Shown one piece after another: positions 39,835 to 50,900 of a stretch of DNA of 64,000 nucleotides. Position numbers and translations under genes: made by a program. Source of the DNA: a bacterium (GTDB lineage Bacteria; UBA10199; 2-02-FULL-50-16; JAJFLM01); contig CBDCFN010000016.1 in the NCBI GenBank assembly GCA_965216315.1, forward strand, positions 1,760,001 to 1,824,000. The letters are read 5' to 3'. How positions within the stretch are numbered: the first letter of the stretch is position 1; every line of letters starts with the position of its first letter. The notes below the pieces were generated by a model. The model did not search any database. It saw only the letters and a program-made list of their open reading frames with translations, and was not told where the DNA came from.

Positions 39835-40722
39835 ATGAACGCACTCGATCAAATTCTCGGCCAAGAATCGGTCATTAAGGAACTGAAACACCGCCTGAAC
39901 CATCAAACCTTGCGCGGGAGTTTTCTTTTTACGGGCCCTGACGGCGTTGGCAAAAAAACCACTGCCCTTGCCGTCGTGGAGTCATTATTTGGTAAAGAGC
40001 ATGTCGACACTCACCCGGACCTTTTAATCCTGGAGCCCGATGAAAAGGACACCATCAAAATCGATGCGGCACGTGCGCTAATCCGGCGCATGAGCTTAAA
40101 ACCAACACAAGCACCCTTCAATATCGCCATTATCGATCGCTGTGACTGCATGACAACAGAAGCCAGCAATGCCCTCCTTAAAACGATTGAAGAACCAAAT
40201 GGATCGATATTCATGATAACAAGTCGCCCCGGTTCCCTCCTGCCAACCATACGTTCACGCTGCCAAGATATTCGATTTCGACCCCTTCCAAGCGATCTTA
40301 TTGTCGATTTATTACACCGGTTAGAAAAATGGCCCCAGGCTGAATGCGAAGCGGCCGCCGCATTAGCCGATGGGTCACTCACGCAAGCACGTCACTTTGG
40401 CACCTGGCTACAGGAACTCGGCCTTAATCTCACGGACCTCTTCAACACCTTGAGCTCCCAACCTTACACACAATTGGAAGCGCAACTCAAAGAACTCCCG
40501 TCGGATCCTCAAGGCATTATGTGTCTTCTTGCCGGTCTGCGCCAAATATGCCGCGACAATCTTGTTTCCTGTAACACAGACCAGAGCCGGCCCTGGCTTG
40601 ACTGCATTGACGCCATTAGTTCGGCTGAAATGGCCTTGCGACAACATACTGCCCCCCTCCTCCTCTGGGAAACACTCGCTTTTTCGTTTCAAAAAGTGCT
40701 AAGGACAAAAGATGTCGCGTAA
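39835..40722 (+). CDS. holB: DNA polymerase III delta' subunit
   Basis: GP.GVGK, HPD, SNALLKTIEEP, LLPTIRSRC; tmk-holB-metG synteny. Confidence 0.92.
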   Translation: MNALDQILGQESVIKELKHRLNHQTLRGSFLFTGPDGVGKKTTALAVVESLFGKEHVDTHPDLLILEPDEKDTIKIDAARALIRRMSLKPTQAPFNIAIIDRCDCMTTEASNALLKTIEEPNGSIFMITSRPGSLLPTIRSRCQDIRFRPLPSDLIVDLLHRLEKWPQAECEAAAALADGSLTQARHFGTWLQELGLNLTDLFNTLSSQPYTQLEAQLKELPSDPQGIMCLLAGLRQICRDNLVSCNTDQSRPWLDCIDAISSAEMALRQHTAPLLLWETLAFSFQKVLRTKDVA

Positions 40723-42625
40723 AAAAATCTACATTACGACCGCCATCGACTACGTCAACAGCCTCCCTCACTTAGGCACCGCCTACGAAAAAATCGGTGC
40801 GGATGCCCTGGCCCGCTTCTATCGCCGCGAAGGTCACGAAGTTCATTTCCAAATGGGCAATGATGAACACAGCACAAATGTCCACAAAGCCGCTCAAGAA
40901 AAAAACTTAGCTCCCAAGGCCTACTGTGATGAAATGCGCCAACGCTTTGAAAGTATTTGGCAGCTGTTGGAAATTTCTTATGATGGATTTATCCAGACCT
41001 CCGAACCGCGCCACCACAAGGCCGTCCAGGCACTCTTCCAAAAGATTTATGATGCCGGCGACATATTCAAAGGTCACTATGAGGGTTGGTACTGCGAATC
41101 CTGCGAAGCCTATTATACAGAAAAGGATTTGGTCGATGGGCATTGCCCTAATCACAAGGCCAAACCCAAGTGGCTCCAAGAAGAAAACTATTTTTTCAAG
41201 CTCTCACGCTTTCAAGAACCCCTTCTAAAACTTTACGAAGAGCACCCCGAATTTATCGTTCCGGAAATTCGCCGCAACGAAATCAAGCGACTTGTAGAAG
41301 CCGGACTCCAGGACATCAGTGTCTCTCGTGCCGGCGTCCCCTGGGGAATTCCCTTACCGATTGATAATAATGAAGTTGTTTACGTCTGGTTTGATGCACT
41401 TATCAACTATCTCACGGCAACAGGATTTCCGGACAAGGGTTTCGAAGAGCTTTGGCCTGCCGATCTCCATGTGATCGGCAAAGACATCACGCGTTTTCAC
41501 TGCGTCATCTGGCCGGCCATGCTCATGAGCGCCGGACTCCCGCTGCCCAAAACGGTTTTCGGTCACGGTTTTGTTTATTTGAAAGGCGAAAAAATGAGCA
41601 AGACCCTGGGCAACATCGTCACACCTCTTGATATCGCCCCTACCTACGGCGCAGACGCACTCCGCTATTATTTGTTAGCTGAATCAAGCTTCGGTGCGGA
41701 TGGAGACTTCACTTGGGAAGGTTTTATCAACCGCTACAATGCGGATCTGGCCAATGACCTGGGAAATGTTCTCAATCGAACCGTTGGCATGGCCTATAAA
41801 TATCAAGATGGAGTGATCCGACGACCTGAAGGCGATGATGAAGCCGACGACGAGTTGCTCCAAGAAAAATTCACTCAAGTCCTCCACGAGATGAAAAAGG
41901 CGATGGATCCGGCCAACGGGGATATCCGCACCCATCAAGCGATTGGCTCGCTGTGGAGTTTATTAAGCGCGATCGACAAATATATTGATAGCGAAGCTCC
42001 ATGGACCTTACATAAAGAAAGCAAAGTCGATCGCATCAATGCCGTACTCTACCATGTAGCTGCGGCGCTACGCATAGCAGCGCTCTTATTGGAACCTTAC
42101 CTTCCACTTGCAGCGCAAAAAATATGGCAACGTTTGGGACTAGAAGACAAACAAGATTTTCAGGCCTTAAAATATTCGGAACTTGCGTGGCATGATTTGC
42201 CAACTGAATTCCGGCTTCAGCAAGGAGAGGCCCTCTTCCCTCGCATTGAGGCTGACGATCAAAAGAAATCCAAGAAAGGAAAGAAAATGGAAGCGGAAGA
42301 AGCAAAAATCAGTATCGATGATTTTGCCAAGGTTCAACTCAAAGTTGCTAAAGTCTTAGAGGCTGAAAAAGTCGAAGGCGCTGATCGCCTCCTCAAACTG
42401 CAAATTGATTTAGGCGATGAACAACGCCAACTCGTCGCCGGTATCGCCCAAAGCTATGCACCGGAAGAGCTAATCGGCAAGCAAGTCGTTATTGTCGCCA
42501 ACCTTAAACCGGCAAAAATACGCGGCGTTGAATCGAATGGCATGATACTCGCAGCATCGGGCAAAGATGGTGCTGTCATCCTCCAGCCACAGACGGAAGT
42601 CCCGCTCGGCAATCCGGTCCGTTGA
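40712..42625 (+). CDS. metG: Methionyl-tRNA synthetase with C-terminal tRNA-binding domain
   Basis: YITTAIDYVN..PHLG, YVWFDAL, IGKDI.RFH, KMSKTLGN, NLKPAK.RG..S.GM. Confidence 0.98.
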   Translation: MSRKKIYITTAIDYVNSLPHLGTAYEKIGADALARFYRREGHEVHFQMGNDEHSTNVHKAAQEKNLAPKAYCDEMRQRFESIWQLLEISYDGFIQTSEPRHHKAVQALFQKIYDAGDIFKGHYEGWYCESCEAYYTEKDLVDGHCPNHKAKPKWLQEENYFFKLSRFQEPLLKLYEEHPEFIVPEIRRNEIKRLVEAGLQDISVSRAGVPWGIPLPIDNNEVVYVWFDALINYLTATGFPDKGFEELWPADLHVIGKDITRFHCVIWPAMLMSAGLPLPKTVFGHGFVYLKGEKMSKTLGNIVTPLDIAPTYGADALRYYLLAESSFGADGDFTWEGFINRYNADLANDLGNVLNRTVGMAYKYQDGVIRRPEGDDEADDELLQEKFTQVLHEMKKAMDPANGDIRTHQAIGSLWSLLSAIDKYIDSEAPWTLHKESKVDRINAVLYHVAAALRIAALLLEPYLPLAAQKIWQRLGLEDKQDFQALKYSELAWHDLPTEFRLQQGEALFPRIEADDQKKSKKGKKMEAEEAKISIDDFAKVQLKVAKVLEAEKVEGADRLLKLQIDLGDEQRQLVAGIAQSYAPEELIGKQVVIVANLKPAKIRGVESNGMILAASGKDGAVILQPQTEVPLGNPVR

Positions 42626-42646
42626 CAAAAAGCAAACAGAGGCGCC

Positions 42647-42886
42647 TTACCTTCTATTATTTTTTGCGACTAGACGCTGCCAAGGAGTCAGTTCCGGTTT
42701 TCCCATAATGAAATGGTCCCAAGGAGCTTCATTGGCGCGGGAATTCCCGGCGATCTGTGGAGGCGTCTGCCTGGAAGTTCCAAGCTTTTTTGCATTTGCG
42801 CGACTAAAAGCGGCAATGCTATCATCCAGATCTATTTGAGCCCGACTCACTGTAATGTGATCCGCTTTGAAATTAATTTCTGCCAT
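42647..42886 (-). CDS. Small hypothetical protein (79 aa)
   Basis: SD GAGGT before ATG 42886; upstream motif ACAAC-N14-GTCGATAA; shares PPQIAGN with 44050-44607. Confidence 0.55.
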   Translation of the reverse strand: MAEINFKADHITVSRAQIDLDDSIAAFSRANAKKLGTSRQTPPQIAGNSRANEAPWDHFIMGKPELTPWQRLVAKNNRR

Positions 42887-42930
42887 AACTATATACCTCA
42901 CTTAAAATTATTTTACTCACTTATCGAATA

Positions 42931-43048
42931 TTATCGACAATTCGAAAACAATGTTGTGACTAGCGCACTAACTTCTGTTAACGCGAGTAAACAGTTTGTG
43001 TTCCTAGAGAAATTCATTTGCACAACTCCATTCCTTGGCATTCGATAA
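42931..43048. promoter_or_regulatory. Back-to-back pair of the recurrent motif
   Basis: Minus strand ACAAC-N14-GTCGATAA (42931-57) and plus strand ACAAC-N14-TTCGATAA (43022-48), each facing a divergent orphan gene. Confidence 0.6.
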
Positions 43049-43088
43049 TCGCCGCGGTTCTTGAGGGATTTATAAGGAGTCTGAAACG

Positions 43089-43901
43089 TTGTCTTGTGCG
43101 AGCATTGGAAATACGGATTCGGTCGCTGCGTCAATTTGCAGGACGTTTGTTAAATACGGCACTAAAGAGTCCCGCTTTAAAAGCAGTCAAGACGTCTATC
43201 GTTTAGCCATCGACTATGCGATACGAGAGGCACGGCAAAATTATCGGCGATTCCAACAAACCGCGGATGCATCGAAATTCGTATTTCAGTCACCCTGGCT
43301 GAGTTATTTGCATAACAAGGGCGTCATTATCCCCTTTATATTTGACGACCTTAAGACCTCTCGGACCGATGATTTATCGACGTTTCGCCAGTTAAAACAG
43401 CAGAAAAATGCTATTAAGGATATCGCCGCCTTACATTCATTTATCGAGGGCTCAAGCGGTCTCAGCATTAGCTTTAAGAGCAATCCCGGCAACCCAACGC
43501 CCCATAGCCTAGATGCCGTTGCCAGCAAAAAGGGAAACTGTCTTGACTATATTTACCTGTACTATGGGCTTGGAACCTTATTAAAAATCGATATGACTCC
43601 TCATGACCAGCTCGATACCGCCGTCGACAACGCGCATGTGCTTGCAAAATCGGGAAATACATTTTTTGACCCACAGACGGGAACTTCGGTCGATTCACCG
43701 CAGACGCAGGCACTTAGCAGTTTAGAACTGCTCGCTTTTTATCACTATAACAATGCCTTTTACGGGGAATGCAAAGGGCTAAATGATAGTGAAAAAACCG
43801 CTTGTGCCGAAAAAGAAATTCGCTTAGCGGAGCGCTATGCGCCAAGCAATCGTCAAGTCAAACTCGCCCGCGCTTATCTCGACAGTCAATCCAACCAGTG
43901 A
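43089..43901 (+). CDS. Transglutaminase-like (Cys-His-Asp) protein with TPR-like tail
   Basis: SD AAGGAG before TTG; 'KGNCLDY..LY..L', 'AHV', 'FFDP'. Confidence 0.65.
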   Translation: MSCASIGNTDSVAASICRTFVKYGTKESRFKSSQDVYRLAIDYAIREARQNYRRFQQTADASKFVFQSPWLSYLHNKGVIIPFIFDDLKTSRTDDLSTFRQLKQQKNAIKDIAALHSFIEGSSGLSISFKSNPGNPTPHSLDAVASKKGNCLDYIYLYYGLGTLLKIDMTPHDQLDTAVDNAHVLAKSGNTFFDPQTGTSVDSPQTQALSSLELLAFYHYNNAFYGECKGLNDSEKTACAEKEIRLAERYAPSNRQVKLARAYLDSQSNQ

Positions 43902-43968
43902 CTGCGCTATGCTTCATTAGGAAATCCCCGCCCTGTTAACGAACGTCAACAGATAATTTCCACTCCGA

Positions 43969-43996
43969 ACAACAATTTACTTTCTCCAGCCGATAA
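43969..43996 (+). promoter_or_regulatory. Recurrent motif ACAAC-N15-GCCGATAA
   Basis: Downstream half is identical to the sigma-28 -10 consensus GCCGATAA. Confidence 0.6.
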
Positions 43997-44049
43997 CTCC
44001 AGACATTGGGTTAGTCACAATTTTAATTAAAGAAGTAAGGAGACATAAA

Positions 44050-44607
44050 ATGGGAGAAAGTAACCTGGTTAATTGCAAAGCCAATAAGGATCCTTGGCTT
44101 ATGCCGAAGTGTGAACCCAGAGAAGAAACCAGCGATGAGTTTTATGAGCGTATTGAAGCTGAAGTTGATGCAGAAATCGCGGCGGAAGAAGCTAAAGCGA
44201 AGGCTGAGGCCAAAGCGAAGCCAGCTAAGCGTGTCGTTGCTGCGCCACCGCCACAGATCGCCGGAAACGGCCCGATGACAGCTGATTTAAGTTCTTTGAC
44301 AGAACCCCTCGTCCCCGGCCCCACAGCAGAACCGACCGTAACAGCCACACCAAAACCTAAAAATGTTCAGTATCGCAACGTTGTGTTCAACACAGGGGAC
44401 AATCAACGAGGCGCCGGCCGCATCGCCGTTGTTAAAGCGGGCAGTAATGAACGTGAAATGGGAAATTACTTGTCAAGCGAAGGCTTCGATCAAACGCCAA
44501 TCCGCTTAAAGGACGGCAGGTTGGTCTACGTCCCGCAAACCATGAGTTCGACGAATAAGGCTTATCTACAGGTAGCCCTCGAAAATGGGAACCTGCGCTT
44601 AAAATAG
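44050..44607 (+). CDS. Hypothetical protein (C-x11-C, Ala/Glu/Lys helix, Pro/Thr linker, small C-domain)
   Basis: Strong SD TAAGGAGA; 185-aa ORF. Confidence 0.7.
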   Translation: MGESNLVNCKANKDPWLMPKCEPREETSDEFYERIEAEVDAEIAAEEAKAKAEAKAKPAKRVVAAPPPQIAGNGPMTADLSSLTEPLVPGPTAEPTVTATPKPKNVQYRNVVFNTGDNQRGAGRIAVVKAGSNEREMGNYLSSEGFDQTPIRLKDGRLVYVPQTMSSTNKAYLQVALENGNLRLK

Positions 44608-44878
44608 AAAGCGTCCTAAAAAAGTTAAGCCCGCGCCAGCGACTGAATTTCATCACTGAGCTGCGGAGCAAAGGGATGGACAAGGTCCGATGCGGCGAGC
44701 AATAAGCCTGGCGCGCCCGCCTCAACAACGCTATGCGTCATTCCTCTGAGGCCCCTTCCCCCCAAGTTGAGGACTTCCGTTGACAAAAACATTTATTTTT
44801 TAATTATTTGTAAACATTACTATCTAAAATTCTCTAATATTTTCAAATAATTATAAATTTATGAATGCATACTCTATT

Positions 44879-44894
44879 TGGCATTATCTTTGCA
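44879..44894 (+). promoter_or_regulatory. Sigma-54 -24/-12 promoter of giant gene A
   Basis: TGGCAT-TATCT-TTGCA after an AT-rich block. Confidence 0.8.
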
Positions 44895-44946
44895 TTTGTA
44901 AACAGCATCACTCCGGGTGCGACCGGTGATTATTGAGGAGTAATGC

Positions 44947-47900
44947 ATGGGTGATCATCCCAAGATAGAAAAGCAGGTTCAGGAAATATTGGCAGGTGCG
45001 AACAATCCGCCTCCAGCCATCCACCCACGCCTGCTCAAGGAGATCCCACCGGAAGTAATCGACGACACGCACTCGGTTCGCATCACCGCGGACGGTTTCG
45101 AACTGACCCCAGTGAATGCCGAGCCTATGCCTCCCGAGATGGCAGCCTGTCTCCAGCAACCGAATCAAACTGCAAGACTCGACTGTCTTTTTTCACCATC
45201 TACATACCAAACCCCTGATGTCGACACGTGCCTGGCCATGCCCGACCCGAATGCTTCGGTTAATTGTCTCTTCGGTCCAGGCCTGAGTTTATTTACACCG
45301 ACAAGCACCAGCGCCACAACCATCGCAACCCCAGTCGCACCGACTGAAGAGGCTTCGGAAGTCGACAAGGCATTGCATGAACTCGCCACTGCGGACACCG
45401 ACGAAAAACGCAAATTTGCAGCCAAAAAGGCCTTGGCTGCCGCGAAAAAAAGTCCGAACGCTGAGGTATTGGCCGTGCCGATGGTTACTGCCGAGATCGC
45501 TGCGATCAATGGAAAATATTTAGAAGCCGCCAAGCAGTACGCGCAGCTCTCCGCTTCGCTGCAAGTGCTCGCGGCGACGAATAAAGAAATTCAACCTCAC
45601 GTCGACACCGTTGAAAAACGACGCCGTGGCGTTCTCGCCGCCGGGGCCGCCGTCGCGGTCGCCCAGATCAAGTATGCCGAATCCCCGGAAGCAGGATTAC
45701 GCTTGCAAAAACAGGCGACGGACTGCGCCGATCAATTGTATCTCGCTGAACCGACCGAGAAAAATCTCCAGCTCCTGCTCGCCACGTATGCCCAGGTCGG
45801 TCTGGATGTCCGCGAGGGGCGCCGCCGCATGGCCGCCAATGACTATCGTATCAATGCCCTCACGTTGGGTACCTTTGATCCGAAGCTGGACCCCACCGGG
45901 GAAAGCAATCCCGCTCCTGACAATGATCCTTTCAATTCCAAAAGCATCTTGGGTCCCGACATCAACGACATCGATCACTTCGGCTTCAAGGCCGAACGCT
46001 CCAAGGCGGATACGATCGCCGAGCTGCAGCAAACCAACAAGGAACTCAAGGGCATCGTCGATGAAACCGAACAACATATTCTTAGTCTCATCGCCCGGGC
46101 GCATCCAAACGATCCGTTTGCCTCCAATGTCCAAACGGCCACCGCGCATGTCGTCATGGGCAACAACCCAGCCGCGATGAAAAACCTGCAGGTCGCCCGC
46201 ACACTCTTCAAAGATAAGAGCGTCGAGCACACGCCTGACAATAAAGTGACCTATATCACCCTGCTCCACCGCATGGTGGATATCGCCGGGACGAAGACGG
46301 CCCTCAAGGAAGAAGTCTTGCTCGAAGCCCGCCAAGCAATTGATGAAATGATCAAGTCGCATCCCAAAGTCGCCTTGACCCTGCGTCTCGAGAACATGGA
46401 GCTGCTGGGCCAAGTTCGCGTCGATAAAGCAGCGCGCAAACTCAATGACAAATCCTTAAGTGATGATGACCGCAAAAAAGCCGTCGACAACTATCACCGG
46501 GCCCTGTCACGCAAACATGAAAACATCTTGATGTATTGCAAGCAAGTCTTGCCAATGACGCAGGATCCCGAAGCCCGCAAAGTTCTCATCGGCGGCATCG
46601 CACGTGCCGACGCCGGGCTGCTCGAGGCTCAACTCGATCGCAGCATGACAATTTATCTCAACGGCAACGAAGACCTCGGCAAGGGCTATGCCCAAGTCGA
46701 TATGGATTCGTTTCATCGGCGCATGGCGGAACTGCAGCAGCAGAATCCGACAGTTGATCTCAGCGAGGCCTTGAGCCGCGGGATGTTGGCCCAAGCGCAT
46801 TTTCAATTCCGCACCGGGCAGATCGAAGAGTCGGTTAAGAACCTGCGCAAAATCGTCAACGATCATCCGAAGTCAACCGCGGCTAACATGGTCCGCAGTA
46901 AAGGCGGTTGGGCGCATAAGTACAGTATTGTTACGGACAAGGGTGAATTTAATCCGAACATCGGCACCGAAAGCTGGACGGCCGGCACCAAGGAATTACT
47001 GGGCAAACTCAATAAAAAACCCGGCCGTGCGATGTTGGCTGCCACCGGCGGTTCGATCGTCGGCTGGGGCGCCGGGATGATCTTCGCCCCGGAAATCACC
47101 GGCCCCCTGTTAATCGCCGGTGCGGTCGGTGGGTTTCTTATCGATCGCACGGTTCTCGTCGCCCAAGAGTGGTCCCAAATCTCCGCGGCCTACAATACGG
47201 GAATCTCGACGGTCAGTACCGAAGAAGCGGCCCGCGAAGGCGGCATCTTCGCCCTGCAACTGTTCAGCATGTTCGTCGGCGGGGCGGCCGGTGGTGTTGC
47301 CGAACGCGCGGTCCTCGCGGGTGGAACGCGTCTGGCCCGTTCAATGGCCATGCGCGGGATTACCTCGTCGCCGTGGATGCGCGCGACCGGGGCCTTCGCG
47401 TTGCGTGAGGCCTCTTATGTGGCCAATGCCTATGCCTTCCATGAAACGTCTAATTTAACGACGCAGGCCATCGGAACGGCGGTTGGTCTCGATATCCCCC
47501 AACCCGACTCGAGTCACAACGATGATGTGATCTCGTCTTGGCTCTTCGTCCGCGGCTTTGCCAAGGCGATGAAGATGAACCTCGGTGCCAAGTTTGTCCC
47601 CGGTGAGAGCTTCGGCGCGAAGCTGGCGCAGGGTTCGATCAACATGGGCGTGGGCTTGGGCATCGTGCATACGGCCAAGGCCCTGCGCGAATGGGACCTG
47701 CGCCACCTCGATCCCGACACTCTGGCACGTTCGGCGTTTGATCTCTTGCTCATGCACCACGGAAACAAGGCACTTGGTTCCGTCATTCCGATGTCCGGGA
47801 TTGAAAAGATGAGTAAGGACCTCGAAACGATGACAAAGAAAAATATGCGCGACGCGGCGGCGGCGGTTAAATTTAAACAAGATACCGGGCTTTCGCTACG

Positions 47901-50900
47901 ACAAGCAGTGGGCCTGGGTTCGAACCCTCTCGCCGCACTTCTCCCGGTTCTCATGTACGGCCTACCCATTGTTCCAGGAAAGGGAACAAGTAGTAGAAAG
48001 GCCGAGTCCAAACCAGAAAAGAAAGCGGATCCGGAAGCAACGAATCCCGGACACACGGAAGCAAGAAACCCAGGCGCTAGAGAGGATACTAGGACCAAGG
48101 CAGGTAGAGGAACCAATCCGGGCGTCGACACAAGAAAAGTCGCCAACCTGGATCCTACTTCATTCCTTGCCGAACAGCTCCGCAAGAATGCGTCCACTGA
48201 CTCTGACCAATCGAAAGACACTCGTTCAGAAGAGCACTTGTACGTCGCGGCTTTCATCGAATATTATAATCAGCCCGCACGCATTGAAACGCTAAAAGCA
48301 CTCGGTCAACGAGAAGGTGATGTGGGCCGGAGCGCACGACGTTTCCATGATACATTGATGGACCTTCACATCGACATAGCCGAATACAACCGACTTGCCG
48401 CTGAAAACGTCGATAAAAAGGATCCGGCTGTCACCGAAAAAATGGAAAAGCTCTGGAAGCACAAGATTCTCCGCATGGTCAATCCACGGAAGAACACGCG
48501 TCTGGGTCATGACGGAAATAAATTCGGCGCAGGCGAGCTGGAGCAGCATGACTATAATCAAATAGAAACCGCTTACGCGAATAAACAACAAGCTCTTAAT
48601 AGCGACCTACGCGGCCTCTTCACGGTTCTTGCCATCCTCGAAGTCAAGGCCAACGCCGAGGCTAATAACAGCGGCAAGATGCCCGAGATGGGCTACAAAG
48701 TTTCTTATCAACGCCCTGAAGACCTGGCCCATGTCAACTTTGACCTGAATAATCTCAGCGAAAGTTTTTCCAAGTTATCCGCCCATGAGCTCGTTCAACT
48801 CAATATCCGTGCCAGCAGCCATGAGGCCGCACAGCGCATCGTTGAGACGTTTCGTAACGCCGGATATGAGGTCGTGTCGCATCCCGGGCAAAAAATTAAT
48901 TATAAAGTCAAGGTCCCTTACACGCACAAGATAGGCGGCGTGGAAATACAAGGGACGCATACGGTTGGGCTCAGGCTGGCCGTCGAACCTGCACCCCTCG
49001 GAGCTAAAACCCGACTCTCTCCCGCCGAGACCGCCTCACACGGTTTTGAACTGGCCTGGAACAATAAAAACTTCTGGTCGGAGACCGCTATTCCCGTCCT
49101 TCATAACGGCAAAGTCATTATTTTCAAGATGCGCCCGGGCCTCCCGGAGCCAACGGGTAAGTTTACAACCCTTGCTTCGGAAATCAATGAAACGATTACC
49201 GATCCAGTCGCCAAAGAGCGCCTCCTCAACATGGTCACGGCCCTCCATGGCCTCCATGAACGCCTGCCGCAAGGGGCCAATAAGACCAAGATTGAAACGG
49301 CGATCGATGAATCACGGACCGCACTCCTCAAGAACGGTGCCCGCACGGAGAGTTTAGCTGCCGTATGGTTGACGCTGGGCACTGCTTTGGCCGCATCAGC
49401 GCCGAAACTTCCGCACGTAGCAAGACACTCCACGGAAATGCGCGTCGACCTTCATCTCCCGAAGACCGATTATGACCACCATGTTGCCCAGAATAGTTGG
49501 AAATACACATTACCCGTGCTGCAACGCATGCCCAAGCGGGTGAGACAGTATATTGAATTGGCGACCGCTCCTTATTACGTCGATGGCATGAGCGAACCTA
49601 TCGTTCCGGATGCGCAGAAGACGATTGACTTGGTGACTCACATCGGAGTCGAAAAATTTGATTCCATTTTAAAGGCCGTCAAAAACAACGAACCTGCCCG
49701 CGCCAATATCGACACCTTGCTCAACTATGCGCTCGACACCACGAATTCCGAGAGAAACGCTCACGTCAAAGATTTCATCAACAAGGCATCGATTCATCAA
49801 ATCTTGCTTCTCGTCACCTATCCCGGTAAGAAAAATGTCGTCGCGCAGATCGCCGAAAAGGGTTATGTCGACATACTCAGCGGAGACCCCGCGACCCATG
49901 TCCCTCGCATCGAAAAGATGACCGACACTGCGCTTCGTGATGTACTTCTGGCATTAACGGCACAACGCATGTTTCAACAACATAAGGACAACCCTAAAGC
50001 AACGACGCCTGAAGGCATGGCTTTGCTGCTTAACTTTGGCATTGAACCCGACACGCATTTTCGCTTTCCCTGGAACGCCGTAGATGTAATTGACCGCTCA
50101 AAGCTCTATTTCCGCATCAAGACAGAGCGCAGGGCCTTCCGCAAACAGCTTGGCAAAGCCATTGAAGGCAAGGAAACCGAACTGGATGCGTTGACTGATA
50201 AAATTTGGGAACTCATCCTCATCCAGGACTATAAGGACACCCACCTTCCTTACACTCCGCATGGCTGGAAGCACACCCTCGATGTCGTCAAGGAACAACG
50301 TAAAATTTATAATGGGTCTCCCGAACTCCAAAAAGCCTTGATCGGACAGTTTGGTTCCGAGGCCAAGGCCCTTGCCGTCCTCGATATCGTCGCCATGATG
50401 CACGATGTGGGTTACGGAGCCCTTAAGCCGGGGGAATCCAAGGGAATTCATGCGATCCGTAGCGGTGAACTCTGGAAGGCCCAAATTGCCGACCACGCCA
50501 AGAAAACCCTCGATCTCAATGACAAGCAAATTGAAGATATTTTCTTGGCCATTCAACGCCATGGCGCCGACAAAAAGGGTAAAGGCGGCTACATGGAGGC
50601 CAACTTAGACAACCCTCTCCTCTTTGTCATTCGATTGGCGGACAATCTTGATTCAAGTAAGTCACGGCTCCGTAACATTCAGACACACCCACTTTTTATT
50701 GAGGGTATGAAAGAGATGAGAGAATTCGCTAATGAAAATCCCGATGTCGTCAACAACAAGAAAGAAATGAAGGCCGCGTTACAGAAGATTCGTTTGAGTT
50801 ACGAAAGAAAATTTGAAACGAATATGAACCCCAATGATGCCAAATTAGCCAAAGAACTTTTGGACCGCATGGACCATCTGAGTTGGCCTCACTTTAAGGG

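Noticed and set aside
50248..50660. HD domain as Cas3 HD nuclease or HD-GYP
   Set aside because: No helicase or cas context, and no GYP motif.
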